Source: Gnetum montanum
Taxonomy: Eukaryota > Plantae > Gnetophyta
Length of the DNA: 64,000 nucleotides
Assembly (NCBI GenBank): GCA_015680685.1
Contig: MNCI01000813.1
Span: 18,800-82,799, forward strand
Direction: 5' to 3'
Shown here piece by piece: positions 26,101 through 39,600 of the stretch (position 1 is its first letter; each line of letters begins with the position of its first letter). A program made the translations under genes and the position numbers. The notes beneath the pieces were generated by a model. That model worked only from the letters and a program-made list of their open reading frames with translations. It searched no databases and had not been told where the DNA came from.

Positions 26101-28804
26101 TGCACAAGCCCCTTAGACGGTTCCATGCACAATGTGCTACTAGCAGGATTAGCTATCAACCACTGGGTGCCCTCTTGGTTAGTGGCTGCTGTGTATAGGC
26201 ACTATTAAGTAGGTGATTCCTCGGTACACTGACTACATGCTTGAATGAATATCCTCTTATCCTACCATAATTGTTGCACACATTTGCACCCTGAGTCATT
26301 GTATGCGATGGATGGAACACAATTCTTCTCAATCTTCCTAAAAGGATTTTCCTTTGAAATTTTAAGGGATAGATCTCAGAGTCCTAGTCGTACATCCATC
26401 ATGCTTAGCTAGGCTCTTCCCATGATGATTGGGAAGTTTCCCTTGTAGTTTTCCACACGGATGACCAGGAAATCAGTAGGATAGGACCACCCATAAATAG
26501 TGGTCACAATGTCCTCCACCAATCCCAAGGGAATGATGATGGACTAGTCTAATCACTCAAGCCAAATGTTGATCTTCTTTAGCAGGGGCAAGTTCCAATT
26601 CTTGTACATATCATGAGAGATCAAATTAACCCTTCACCCCGAGTCTAAAAGAAATTTGCATGGCTTGTTCCCTGCCACCTGAAGATAGATGAGGGGGCTT
26701 CCCGAATCAGTCAATTTCTGGGGAAGATGACCTTCCTTGATCCAGTCGATCACAGCATGTGTGAGCATGATCATCTCGATGTTAAAGTGTCGTTGGCTTG
26801 AAGGTTGCTCAGGCAGTGGAATAGTGGAGCTACTTAAAGGTTCAGAGGCACTGGCCACATGTGTATGTAAGGGAATGTTCAAATTATTGGACTAGAAAAA
26901 ATGACATTTTTGTGGCTTGGGTTTTGGTCCACTCGGTTGAGGTGCTAGTTGTAAGTTAATAGCCCTCGTAGCATTTTGTTGTTGTGGCTGTGGCAGAATC
27001 TCTCACTGCATTGGTGGAGCAGCTGGAAGATGAGTGGGATGTTGTGGAGGAGTGGTAGGAGAAGGTAATGGAGGATAGAAGAAATGTGGGTTTTGCCCCT
27101 TGGGTGATCGATATTAAGGTCAGAAATACTTCAGGGGGTGGTAATAACTTGGAAAGGCTGCATGACTAGAAGAGTCCTTGGAGAGACTAGTTATTGAACA
27201 TAGTACCCATGGGGATCTAGCTGTTTGTAAGGGTACTACTATCTTGGAGGTGGCATCCCGCATGCTTGTGGGTGCTACCACTACTGGAAGTATTCGTAAG
27301 GTTGCGGTGGCACTCCACTTGGATAGTATCCCTGCTACTGGTGGAACTGCCTAGGGTTGCCTTATGGGAAAGGCAACCTTCAGGGTGTTTTTCTTTTCAC
27401 CAAGCAAGGATTCAATGCATACGCCCTAGACTCTTGAAGATGTGACACCACAGGACAACATACCTTAGGATGTTCATATTGGCATATGCCACATTCATCA
27501 TCCTCCTCAGTGTCAGAGTCTGCAACCTGCTCTACTACAGTAACTTCACCCTTACCCTTGTATTGGGCATGTTGAACTTCCTTCTTCCTATGTTGATCGT
27601 AATCATTACCTTATTCCATGGACACTTCTACAATTTTTAACACACTTTGGAACCTTTATCTATATCTTAGATGAAACTTTTGTAATGGAAAGGTCTTTCA
27701 GTTCACCGCTGCTTCCAGTGGTGATTCCTCCTCCTCATCACAGAATTGGACTTTCCTTTTTCTGAGGGAAGGACCCTGGTTGAATTCTTCTGCACTCTCC
27801 TTTTTCCTCAGTTCTCCTTCCTCCCTGTCTACCTATTCAATGAGGAACTACAATTGATGGGCCCTTAGCTTCGATAGTCATCCCTAGGCATACACGCCAA
27901 GAGTCTTTTGTGTTTCAAAATGGAACCCATCAATGATGTGGTGAAGCTATGCCCGTTGAGAGTATCCATGAATAGGGCATCGATGTAGCAGTGAATAGTA
28001 TTTTCTCATGGATGCATCCAATGGTTCATGATTGCCTTGTTTCCACCCTTGGATTTGATGTCTCAGGTTTGCCATTCTGGAGTACGTTTGATACTCCATC
28101 TTCTAATTGATTCCGGCTCCAAGAACTAGTACTAGTTTTCTGCCTCCTTGATGAGTGTGTGAGGGAACAACTTCAACCTCTACCAATCATTGTCAATGTT
28201 CTGCAGGGTGCAAGCATCATGGAATGCCTACAGGTGAATCTATGGATCACAATTATATTCCCCTTCAAATATAGGGTTGTGGTTCATATCTACATGCTTG
28301 ATCTGGCTATCCTTCACATGCCTACTGGGAATCTAAACTACCTCTACAATCTGGAGGATGCTCCGAGTAGCCAAAAATGGCTCATCCAAGTCATAGTCCT
28401 GTTGAGGACCATGATGTCTATGATGATTCCAGCTGCCCCTCCTTTCATGCCGATGAGCATCGCATGATTGATCAAGCGCTTCCTCACGTTATCCCTTTCA
28501 AACCTTTTTACCACCATCCTTTTGCTCATTTTTACCCTGGTTAAAGTTAGAGCCTAAGCTGGATGAAGGTGTAGGGGAGTGAGAGGATGGAGAAGAAGGA
28601 GGTATCACCACTGTTCTAGTGTCGATCTCCCCCTCTGCCCTGATGATGGCCTCGATCATCCTACCCATCTTTTCTATGTGATCCTTCATCCCCTTGAGGA
28701 TCTTGGTCACTTAGAGGCTTGTACACCACCTAACATTCTTGTGGAACTGGTGGGTTGGATACCTCTCTCTTATGAGAAGACATATTGGATGTTAGATGGT
28801 CCAT
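23150..28804 (-). pseudogene. gag-pol: A2 gag-pol pseudogene (gag, protease ~26640, RT ~25100-25750, RNase H ~24550-24900, integrase ~23150-24300)
   Basis: Gag RLKLFPHTL; PR FLLDSG; RT FLDGYSGYNQ, MPFGLCNAPATFQ, VFMDEF; RH MDASNYALG; INT PFDFWGIDFRGP, YHSQANGQVEVTNREI. Confidence 0.93.
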
Positions 28805-28930
28805 GTAATCAATGTACCTTACTATTTACTTTAATCCACCTAGCATGCATAAATCTTTCTATCTTGGGTTTGTTCCAACGACTTGAATGATAATTTCACC
28901 AAGGTTAGATGACACATGTAAGACTAACAA

Positions 28931-28948
28931 TCCCCAGCAACGATGCTA
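28931..28948 (-). promoter_or_regulatory. Primer binding site, tRNA-Asp type (A2)
   Basis: Minus strand TAGCATCGTTGCTGGGGA adjacent to the 5' LTR. Confidence 0.8.
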
Positions 28949-28949
28949 A

Positions 28950-29848
28950 TGATGAGTGGCTAGGTACCCCTACGCACAACAATATGAATACAGGCATTCA
29001 CACAAGACTCAGTCAAATTTCGTAGATTGTCAGCACTTAACATACACTAGACCCTAACCAGAAAAACCTTGGGTTAGAATGGTCACTGTCTTCCTAATCT
29101 CACTTGTGATATTCTGTTTGCAATGGTTAAGTGAGATTAAGGCTAATTATTTTTATAGCTTTTTATTTATCGTTTGGCATCTAACTAAAGTATGGAAGAT
29201 AAAGGATGAACTATTTTCTAATCTATAATTTTCCTAATTTGTATTCTAACTATTCCTAGCATAATTATTCGATCCCATCTTCCAGGAATGTTCTAAGAAT
29301 CCCCTAAGCACTTCTAGATTACCAGATGTTAAGCATCACTGGGTTCACCAAGTGTTGGATTTACGTTCAAGATGGTTGTACTTATGGCCTCAACAAACTA
29401 TAAAGGAGCAATAGTGATTAAAATAACAATATCAGAAACTTAAGTAATTAACAAGCAATTAACAAAGCATAAACATATTAAACTACTAAATGCATAAAAT
29501 GGCTAAGTCCAAATGCTGCAAGGAATGCTTGAAGAGTTCGTCTTTATTGCCCTCACACCAATGGGCTCAAATACATTAGCACTCAAATAAATAGCCAAGC
29601 ACTTTTCTTACACTTGCTATGGGCACTTGGAAAATATTCTATCTCCTATAGGAACAAATTGTAATAGCTTCACTACAACTAACTGAAAGGTACGCAAATG
29701 AGGTGGAAGGCCCTCTTATTTATAAGCTAAAATAGGCTCCACATAAACGGGGCCATGTTGATGCATGGAAGGCTGCATTGACGAGGCTGCGTTGAGACGG
29801 CCACATATACGTGGCCTAGTAAATGCATCAACTAATGACACTTCATCA
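28950..29848 (-). repeat. 5' LTR of A2
   Basis: TGATGAGTGG...CTTCATCA, direct repeat of 17101-17990. Confidence 0.93.
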
Positions 29849-30544
29849 CCTATGTAGAAGGGGATTTATGTTGATGACTATGGTTGTGTAAATCTAGCTA
29901 TCTCTCATGTAAAATTGGTTATGTATTTTTGGTTGTACTCATTATGATTTCAAGATTCCTTCAATGATGGAATTATTAGAATTAGATCTTTGTAGGAGAT
30001 TTTATGAATTTTTAACTATGCTTCTGTTAATCAAGCTTAATTCTAGTTGTAGCACTTTACCCCTTGAAGATGGATGTTATTTCCATGGTTAGATATTCCT
30101 CTTGCTAACTTCCATGCTCCTAGGGATTCCTAATGATATAAACTATGCTCTAAGGTTGGTTTCATGAGAAATAGAAATTTTTACTATTATTAGTAAGCTT
30201 TCTCCATGGCCATTTTAAGTGTTAATTCTTTTTCCTAAATTAATGTATGGTTTGGACTAAGGCATAATTTTGGCTATGATGTTTAGGCTGTAATGTTTTT
30301 TCTATAATGGTTTAATGGCAATGGTTGTTTTAAACAAGTTGTTGTTGAATCTCTAAATGAATTTTGGCAAACACTTTAGAGTTTTTTATAGGAGTTAATT
30401 TCACCCCTAACTAAGGTGTTTTATGAAATTTAGAAGGAAATTATAAGCATTGAAACATAATGTTAACAATATCCTACTGAAGCCAATACTCATTGTGATG
30501 AGTTGGTAGGCATCTTGAAACACAACCAAATTTGGACTATGACA

Positions 30545-32210
30545 TCCCAATGGAAAATTTGTCTAAGTCTTAACACAAGGCCATCTTTTGCAAAATATTC
30601 TAAGTGCTAAGACTATGCTCTCCACTATGTCAGAGCATAGTCAAGCATAGTCAACATGAAGGGGTAGTTTTTACAAATTTTCTAAGTGTTGAGACTACAC
30701 TCTTCACTACCACAGAGCATAATTAGCCTCTCATGGAGAGCGTAGTCAACAAAAAGGCTAGTTTTGCAAATTTTTCTAACTATCAAGCTAGCCACTATAT
30801 ATTTTTCTAAGTGCCAAGACTATGCTCTCCACTACCCTGAAGTGTAGTTAAGCATAGTAAGCATGAAGGCCTAGTTCTTGCAAAATTCTTCTAAGTGTTG
30901 AAACTATGCTCTCCACAAACATAGAGCATAGTCAATCATAGGCAATTGGAAGCTATTTTTTGTAAGTTTTGACAAGTGCTAGGACTATTCTCACCCCTAT
31001 TCAAGAGCATATTCAACCTTCTATGGATAGCATAGTGAGCACATGGTCATTTTTTGCATAACTTTTTCAAAGTATGGGACTACACTCTCTCCTAGTCCAA
31101 AGTGTAGTTGAGCGTAGTTAGCCAAAATAGCCTCCATAGGCCTTCACAATGTAGCATCAACATTTATCACAACTCCAACTTACCTATAATAAGTATAATT
31201 AGAAAAATGCATTTTTTGTATCCTATTTTTGTCCCCAAATTGTGACTATGCTTGATCCCACACAAGATAGTGAAGACATAGTCTGCAAAGATGCATTTTT
31301 TTGGGTACATTGGGGTCTTATTATCACATGAACATGTATTCGATAGTGTATTCATAGTCTCTCAACTTTGCAAAGTTTAGCACAGTAACACCACTACCCT
31401 CAGTGGAGAGCATAGTTGGGTGATGGTGTAGTCATAATCGTTCCACTGCCATGTGGAAATTTCTCTATGTTTCATGCTAAACCTAGTCCTATAAATGCCC
31501 CTACCCTTAACATTTTTGAGGTTGGAAAATTTGAGAACTATGAAAATTTAGCAAACTCAAAGTTGAAAAAAAATGAAAGACGCACTAGAAAACTAGAGAA
31601 GGATAAACTTGCATACCATAGTAGCTCATCGTAGGACACTGCAGCCCATTGCATATAGCAGTGACCAACTTAATAGGTATAAACACCAAGGTGGAATGTC
31701 AGTCTTTGTGGTTATACATCCTTGATATTGTGACTATGTTGTCCACTATGCCTATTATACACTACATACCTTCTCTCCCCTTCTAGAGTTAACTATGCTC
31801 AACCCTATTTTGGGTTGTGTTCTTTTTCTCTCTATTCCTCTTTTTGCATTTTTATCATTTTAGTTGTACTTTTTAACATTTTTACTCACATTTTCTATCA
31901 TTTTAACACATAACCATGCATGGGTGGTGGTCCCAACACGTTGACACATTCATTTTTCACTAAAAAATGTGACTACGCTCACCCTCATTGATAGCGTTGA
32001 CACCATGCAAACACTTAGCATTGTTTTGCATTTACATTAAAGCTATCTATGTTGCACCCCAATTTGCATTTGGTAAGTCCCTATTTGACTGACAAGACCA
32101 TTTAGGGCACCTCTTCTTCACTTCCAACAAGCCCTCACATGGACACAAGGTCAAACTATGCACCCATGGACCTATTTGTGTTCCAACCATCAACATTTTT
32201 GGTTCCTATA
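30545..32210 (+). repeat. 3' portion of the T2 5' LTR with GACTACGCTC/GAGCGTAGTC repeat cluster
   Basis: Tandem ~80-125-bp units at 30600-31130 each contain inverted GACTA(C/T)GCTC...GAGC(G/A)TAGTC. TATA CCTATAAAT at ~31488; ends at 32210 before the PBS. Confidence 0.7.
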
Positions 32211-32216
32211 GTTTTC

Positions 32217-32233
32217 TGGCATTAGAAGGAGGG
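32217..32233 (+). promoter_or_regulatory. Primer binding site, tRNA-Asn type (T2)
   Basis: TGGCATTAGAAGGAGGG is a deaminated TGGCGCTAGAAGGAGGG, a PBS used by Tat-lineage elements. Confidence 0.75.
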
Positions 32234-32747
32234 TTGAACCATTTTTCCTCTTCTGTCTCCATTGGAATTTTCTCACATGCCCTCTACATCACTATTGCTA
32301 TGATCAGGCTTGTGTAGACCCAACACCCCTATGGACCTACTACATGTGTAATAGTAGGTAGATCTTAGGCTAGTGCAGGCATTGTCTACTAACTAGTTGG
32401 TGTAGATTGGACCTATTTTTGGTTCCCCTGGAACCCCATGTAGCAACCCCTAGAGCATACATTCCAACAACTAGCTAAATTTTGAACACTCTTAGTAGAG
32501 AGCATAGTTAGCTCTTAATGTAGAGAGTGTAGTCTCTAGACTTAGCCATTTTTCTATAGTCTCCATATTTAACCATTTTTCTACAATTACCAAAGTTAGC
32601 CATTTTTTTGCAACTAGCAAACTTTACAATCTTGCACATTAATTCCAACACATGAGTTCTAAAAAACCTTCAACATCAATCTTGTGCACACTAGACATAT
32701 TTCCAACCCAATAAGAAACTAGGATTGACCACCCTGTTAGTCTTGCC

Positions 32748-35700
32748 ATGCCAAAGACAAGGTAATCCCTTAGGCTGCATGGCCAAGACCTCGAATATAC
32801 TACACTAAATGATGAACAATATAACTTCATCTATGCAAAGATAAAAGTATGCCTTTTCATAGATTACTTAGACATGGAAGTAAAGCGAGGCTATGAGCTC
32901 ATTTACTAGAATGTATAGGAGTATATCCCCTCCCAAGTTGACTTCATCCCGCTCATAGAATCCTACTAGTGGATCCTTGTCCATCTCATCTAAAAAAATG
33001 AGTGCAAAGTGGGAACAAACTATGAGGAATCCCTATAAGAGAAGTAGGATGAGTTCAAAGCTCATTTTGAGCATGAGGACTCCTTCCACACTATCGTCTA
33101 GTGGACAACCCCTAATCTAGCCCTCCTATAGTCCCATTAAACTCTCTTTCTTGAGATAGTAATAGCCCCAATGTCACCTTCTAGGTCAATGCTTGTGTTC
33201 AAAACACACCAGATGCAGCATACATGTAAATATGTATTACCTCCTATTAACTTCCACTTCATGACATTCTCACAACTTGCCCAGTCAACTCTACCAATGG
33301 AAATCATGCCTCATCAACCTCATGTTCACATAGTGCATGTCTCCTAGCCTTAAATAACTAAAGCACCTTACATCCTGCCTATTTTGTTGGCACCCTTGAT
33401 AGTGGTCCAACCCATGTATGCATGGCTTGCCCCAGTCAATAGGCCATTGTATAACCAAGATAGCAAGCACCTCACATGGTCCCACAACCTACAACAAAGT
33501 TGTGGATCACACAACTAGCACTACGCAAGGGCTCTATCTCCTCTTTGGAGGATCTTCTAAGCTAGTTTCTAGTGCACTTCAAGTACAACTTGAAGCCTAA
33601 AACCACCCTAGACTAACTAATGTAGATCAAGTAGGACCATCTAGAGCCTATGAAAAAATTTATCCAATGCTGGAGCACCTCATTGAATGAAATTCAAGAG
33701 CCAATAGTTGAGAGACATAACTCTTGGCCATCTTGAAGGATGTAGTCAATGACTTCATCAAATTAAAATTGTACTACTTGGCCTTCTAGTCTCTAAGCCA
33801 AGCCTTTGCTCAAACAAAGAGCATACAAGATGTGGAAGAAGCTAGTAAGGACCCAGCCTACATGGCCTATAAAAACCTACATGCAAAAAAGCACAAGGAT
33901 AAGGGGAAGCAAAGTGAAACCATGGCAAATATGGCCAAAGAGGAAAAAATAACCAACCTGAGGTCAACAACTAGGCCACCCAAAGCCCCAACCAAAAATC
34001 AAACTACTAGCCCTAGCCCTATGGAAACTAACTAGCTTGCATCATTAGTGGCCATAGCACAAGCCACTCTAAGGCCTAACTTTGAGTTCAAGGATCATGA
34101 AAAATATACCCCACTACTATTAGAAACTTTAGAACTATTTGACCACCTTGTAAAGGCTAGATGTATCCAATATAAGTATATGTCTAAAGATGCTCACAAA
34201 AGACATGATAGATATTATGATCTCCTAAGAACTCTTACCTTAGTAGCCTCAAATGAGCCCTTAGTCTTGAAGCACTTTAGGCTGGATTGGTTCTACCACT
34301 ACCATTAGTTGCTTGGTCACAACATTGAATTTTGCATGGCCCTGCAGGATGACCTCCAAAGAATGATTGACAAAGGAAAGTTGGTACATGATGCCACCAA
34401 CCTAGTCAAGCCTTAGAAGCAATCTATGAGGGTGTACAAAGATCCTCTAAATGCGAATGATGCAAGCTATGTCATCAATGCTAACAACAGTGATAACAAC
34501 CTAGAATTAGCATGACAACCATTCATGGTTTGGATGTCCTCTAGTAGCATAAGGGCTTCCTTAGCCCATATATGTTTGAGGCCCCTTTTCATTATTAGAG
34601 TGCCACCTCGGGCACCTACAATTCCCTTCATGGTTAGGGTGCCATCCCATGCTGCAACAATGACAACCACCCAGCCATCCTTCATGGTCAAGCTGCCACA
34701 ACATGTTAACTCCTCATCTACTCAAAGTCTAGTAGTGGGTAATGCATCAGTCCCTTCCCATTCAAGGGCCAATCTCGCTAGCAATACTAAAAGACCCTCT
34801 AGGTGGCAACATTTGGAGAAAAGAATTCTTGGGTTACCAAAACTAGTCCTTCTATCTACAGTCCCCATGCCCAAAAAAAGTAAGGAGACCACCACCACCA
34901 ACTTACAACCAAGAATTGGGGCCCCTGCATAGGTCAAGCCAATAAAGCCAAAGTTGCCTCCTTATGAAATCTATCTCTTAGGGCATATGGAGGAAGTCAA
35001 AGCTAGCAAGAGCACAACTAATGGCAAAGACTTTGTAGATGTATTAGCCCAGGATAAGTAAGCACTAAAGTAGAAGAACACAACGTTGAGTCTATATGAC
35101 CTAATTATGACATCATCTACCCACAATGAAGCACTAGTGAAAATGTTGATCTCCATTCTTGTGATGGAGAACATCATAGTAGATGAGTGTTCCATCCATG
35201 CTATGATGTTTCCAACTGCAACATAGGAATCAAGATCCACATCCCTTGCATTTTTTGATGAGGAAATTAAGCTCAACCTTGAGAAGGGTGAGGGTATAAT
35301 GGCCCCCATGTTTGACACCATACAAGTCAAGCATTGCCAGATTTGGAGGATGCACATTGATGATGGGGTAGTAACAAATGTTATTTCATACACTATCATT
35401 GATAAGTTAGGCCTCATGAACCATATCAAGTCAATAAAAATCATGTGCCTAAAATCTTCAATGAGTCACACCTGACTATTAGAAGCACAGTAACCATACC
35501 CTTCATGGTAGGAAAGAAATTCCCCACCACCATTGAATTCATAGTCATAGAGGAGATTCCAAGATTTAACTTGATCTTAGGCAGCCCTTGGCTAGCCTAG
35601 CCATATGCCAGCTCCTCCTCGATTCATTAGGAAATCAACCTTCCATATGAAGATGTTAAAGTTATCATCCACATTGATAATGTTGCCCCTCTATCCATCA

Positions 35701-36100
35701 ACAACATAGATATGGAGCATGGGTAAGAGGTGGAATTTCTTGATGACATGTCTATAGAAAAGGATGAGAATGAAATACATGAGACAAACACACCTAAATA
35801 GGTAGTAGAAATTACTAATCTTCTAGAGGACACCCTATGGGTAGAATTGCTCTTCAGTGCGGTGAGCGAGGGTCAATAAGACTACCAAATAGTGCCCTCT
35901 AGGCCCTATGCAGCCCCTAATCCACACTGGATTAGGAAGCAAATGCATAGTTAAGGTATTCCCTTAGTCCAAAAGAGCACTAAGGACCTACCCACTATCC
36001 ACTTCCCTACACCTTGCATCCTACTATCTAGTGCTAGGGACCTACCTGCTATCTACTTCCCTGCACCCATACATCCTTCTCTCCATTTACATCGCATCAA
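32748..36100 (+). pseudogene. Tat/Ogre-like gag-protease pseudogene, not followed by RT
   Basis: N-terminus MPKTR*SLRLHGQD; knuckle-like YHYH*LLGHNIEFCMALQDDLQRMIDKGKL (~34290-34385); LSLYDLIMTSSTHNEALVKML; protease MHIDDGVVTNVI...FNLILGSPWL (~35350-35600). Confidence 0.75.
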
Positions 36101-36289
36101 CAATGCAGCATGTTACTTACATGTAATTTTATTACTTAAATTACCATTTTCATTTCCTATGCATTCAATAGCTTAGTTTACATTTCTACCATTGTTTCTT
36201 TAATGCATTTCCTTTCATGCATAAAAAACATCAAAATGCATAAAAATCATAAAAACTAAATTACAAAAAAAGTGATAACAACATAATAG

Positions 36290-36470
36290 CCTAGAATGAC
36301 CTTAAACCACTACATCAGCTTGAAATGTTCTCAAACTATGCTTCTAATTCTATCCCTATAGCCTATCATGGCCTCAAGCTGGAAACATTGCAATCCACCA
36401 TGGCCCTAAACTAGTAATGCATGGTCCAAAATGGCCTTAAACTAGCATGGGGCTCATAGTGGCCTAGTTA
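36290..36470 (+). repeat. 3' UTR-type short tandem repeats (GGCCTTAAAC...)
   Basis: Reverse-complement relatives of the repeats at 8630-8770 and 41540-41710. Confidence 0.55.
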
Positions 36471-36689
36471 CACTATCATCCCATAATACTAAGTTAGCAT
36501 ATTAATTCATCACATTATAAGCATAGCAAGCACATATCAAAAAAACTATAAAAAAAAATTTACACATTACACATTACATCTATCAAATACATGCATTAGA
36601 TATGATATGAATAGTAGTACATAGCATGAGTAGCATCATGCGACAAAAGTATAGCAAAAATAGCAAAAAATGCCCAGTAGTAGGGGTAC

Positions 36690-39600
36690 ATCTAGTCTTG
36701 CTCAACTAATGGTGCTAGGTGGAGATGGATGTTCTTCATCTTCAACCATGTTGCTAGGGACTACAACATCTCCTAGTACTTGCCATCATAACCATAGTAA
36801 ATAGGCACCATTAGTATGCAAACCTACATGATACAAGCTAACTCAAAACACAAAAAAGCATAAAAAACAAAAACTAACCTAAGAGGATCCCACATCAATG
36901 ACTTCTGGAGGCAAATTTCCAAGGTCAACCTCTAAGCACTAGAGGATCTCGATCTTGGAAAGTTGCGTCTAGCCCACTTGGCCAAAGTCAATCCCTGCAA
37001 GGGTCTTTCCTTTGTCAATGAAGGTCCATGTAGGTAACTCCATTAAAAAGGTAGCAAAAGAAGCCTTTTCAAAAGGGGTGATGATCTTCCTCTTAGGAGA
37101 GCCACTCACCACCATTTTCTGCATGAACAACTTGTACACTTGCCTCCTACTAGTTGCCTCAAGAAACATCTCAAGGTGAGGACGTTCAATAGACTCCTCC
37201 TTATACCATCTTAGGTATGCATTGTGCTCATGCTTGTATCAATGCTTATGGTTCTTCTGAGTCTACCCCCATTTATAGACCTTTGTGTTATAATTTTCTC
37301 AAACTTAGTTCTTCTAGGAAATTAAGTCCATCTATAGCCACTACTTTATCAACTCTTGTGTGGCCTCATTGTTATCTCTGAGAGCTATCTAGTATCAAGC
37401 ATCCTCTATCTCAAAGGTATGCTAGGTGTTATGTCTACAAGCTCTAGCCACCAAAACATCATATCTAGATTAAAGATCATTGGTCTTTGTATCTTGGCTA
37501 CTCACTCTCTCTTATAACTCATGCACACATTTCCACAAGTGCCCATTTGAGTACCTACAAGCCCACAATGCCTTCACATAAGAAAGCATGCACTTGTTTG
37601 ATGTCTCATACATGTGATGAGATAGTTGATCAACTTTAGAAGGGAGGTCAGGGAGAGCATCCATCTTGGCCACCATGCTTAGATCCCATTGAAGCTTAGA
37701 ACTAAGCATGTAACTAGTAGAGAAACATAAAGCAATGCAACAACATGCAGATACCAAGCCCAGGATCTACCTATTATAGGAAATCCATCATGTCCTCAAT
37801 GATGCCTTCCATAAAGGTGAATTTATTAGGCATGTCTACCCATGGCTCCATGTAGTAAGTAGAAATGGGACCACTAGCAAGGACATTTGATGCCATAACA
37901 TAGTATTGTAATTAGCACATAACTGAATAGCTAAAGATACTAGATCAAAGAATCAATAACTAATGGCAATCCAAGTTAGTTACCTGGAAAGCACTCATGC
38001 ATGAATATAGGGGGGTCACCTGGCTGCACATCATTGAATAGCCTATTAAAATCACCCCCATCAAGGTGGAGCAATCCCACTTCCTCCAACTATCAAAGGA
38101 TCTCTATTATATTAGGTAACTCATCCCCATGGGCCTCCCTCTCCTTAGCTTGAGAAGGTACTTCTTTTGGTACTACCTTGGTCACTACTCTTGTAGCCCT
38201 CTCTACTATCTCTACAATTAACACATATACATACATAGCACATTAGTACACATATGCATGTCATTATCTAGTTAACAATAATACATAAAAACATAAATAT
38301 ATACAAAAATATAATATATGCATCTAACAAGTTAAACATACTAGCCTACAACCTCTATGCACAAGCTCTAAAGCTTAATTCTAATCTTCTTGCTACTTAG
38401 CCTCCTAACCTCAAGGGTAGCCTCCTCTATATCACATAGCCTCTTGAACTTTGCCTTAGACAGTTCCACCATCTTTGCAATATAGCAATTTTCCTTAGTC
38501 ATGTTCCTAGTGCTAGCTTGAGGACTCTAGCCTACACTATCGCGCAAGTAATGTGATTGCCCCATGGGACCCTTAGTTGTTATATATAATGAATTATCAA
38601 TATCCTCTCAGGGGTTCTATGTGCATGTAGTACTAAACATGTGCTTAACCCATGGCTTGGATAGCTGCTTGTAGTCCTACACAACCCATTTCTCACCATC
38701 ACATACAAGCAAGAGCTCCACAAACCTTCACAGGTATCCTATGAAGAACATGAAGTTGACATGGGACCTCACCTAGAGGTTGAACTACAACCTAGAGATA
38801 TCTATGTGCAAGTTGGTAGCTATATAGGTAGCCCAATTGAACCTCATCCCCTCTAGTAGCACCTCCTTCATCACTCATGCCTACTCCACTGCAAGGATAT
38901 TTCCTTAGGAGAGCAACTTCCAAAAGGCACGAGCATACAAAGGAGGGTAGAGCTTCTGCACCTTAGGCACAAAAAAATTCTTAATTAGTAAGCCCTTGTA
39001 AGATTCGAAGGCCTCCAACTAGTCCTTGATCTCCCCTCTATGGTCCACCTCCCTACTATCGTTATTGAAAATTTTTAGGCCATTAGTGGGGAGTCCAAAG
39101 AGGTCAGCAAAGAAGGCCTTGGTGAGGTCTAGCACCACCATCATGTCACACACTTGGATCACAAATTGCTTGAAGTCATTACTAAAGGAGTCAACAATGA
39201 TAACCATTTTGGCCGTTGGGATACTTGGGCTAAGGGCCAAAAATAGGTCCATGAACCCTGCATGCATGAGGTAAGTAGTCAATGCATCTGAAGCTTTATG
39301 GCACAACCAGTGCTATGCACCATCCACATCACTATACTTCATGATGAAGGTGGCCTTTGTGTAGCTTGTAGTGATCACTATCATCTTCTCAATGGTAACT
39401 ACCATTGCAACAAAGGTAGAACAATGTTATCATCATGCAAAGGTAAACTAACAAGCATACACGAGCAAGCATATGAGCTAAAGCTTACACACATTCATGG
39501 CACAAATAGGGTGCAAGATGGTGGTGGTATTGCAAGAATCTCCTTGATGTTAAGCTCACTACTTATCCACTCCACATCCAACCAATCATGAGTCCTGCAC

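Larger units (their letters stand above)
17101..29848 (-). mobile_element. Full-length Athila-like element A2 with env-like ORF
   Basis: Paired LTRs 17101-17990 and 28950-29848 (9 mismatches in one 80-bp stretch compared by eye), TSD CCTTT (17096-17100)/CCTAT (29849-29853), PBS, PPT, gag-pol and an extra ORF. Confidence 0.95.

Noticed and set aside
34525-35444. Longer ORF-track entries (135 aa +, 157 aa -) and other short ORFs as host genes
   Set aside because: They are alternative-frame or antisense readings of decayed gag-pol, with no independent gene evidence.
36824-36878. Additional GT-AG intron in the antisense gene
   Set aside because: The signals look plausible, but 55 nt is short for a plant intron, so it was not counted.
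36900-38200. Ulp1/SUMO protease domain downstream of the PMD-like exon
   Set aside because: I could not identify the catalytic His/Asp/Cys motifs by eye; an HMM search on a consensus would be needed.
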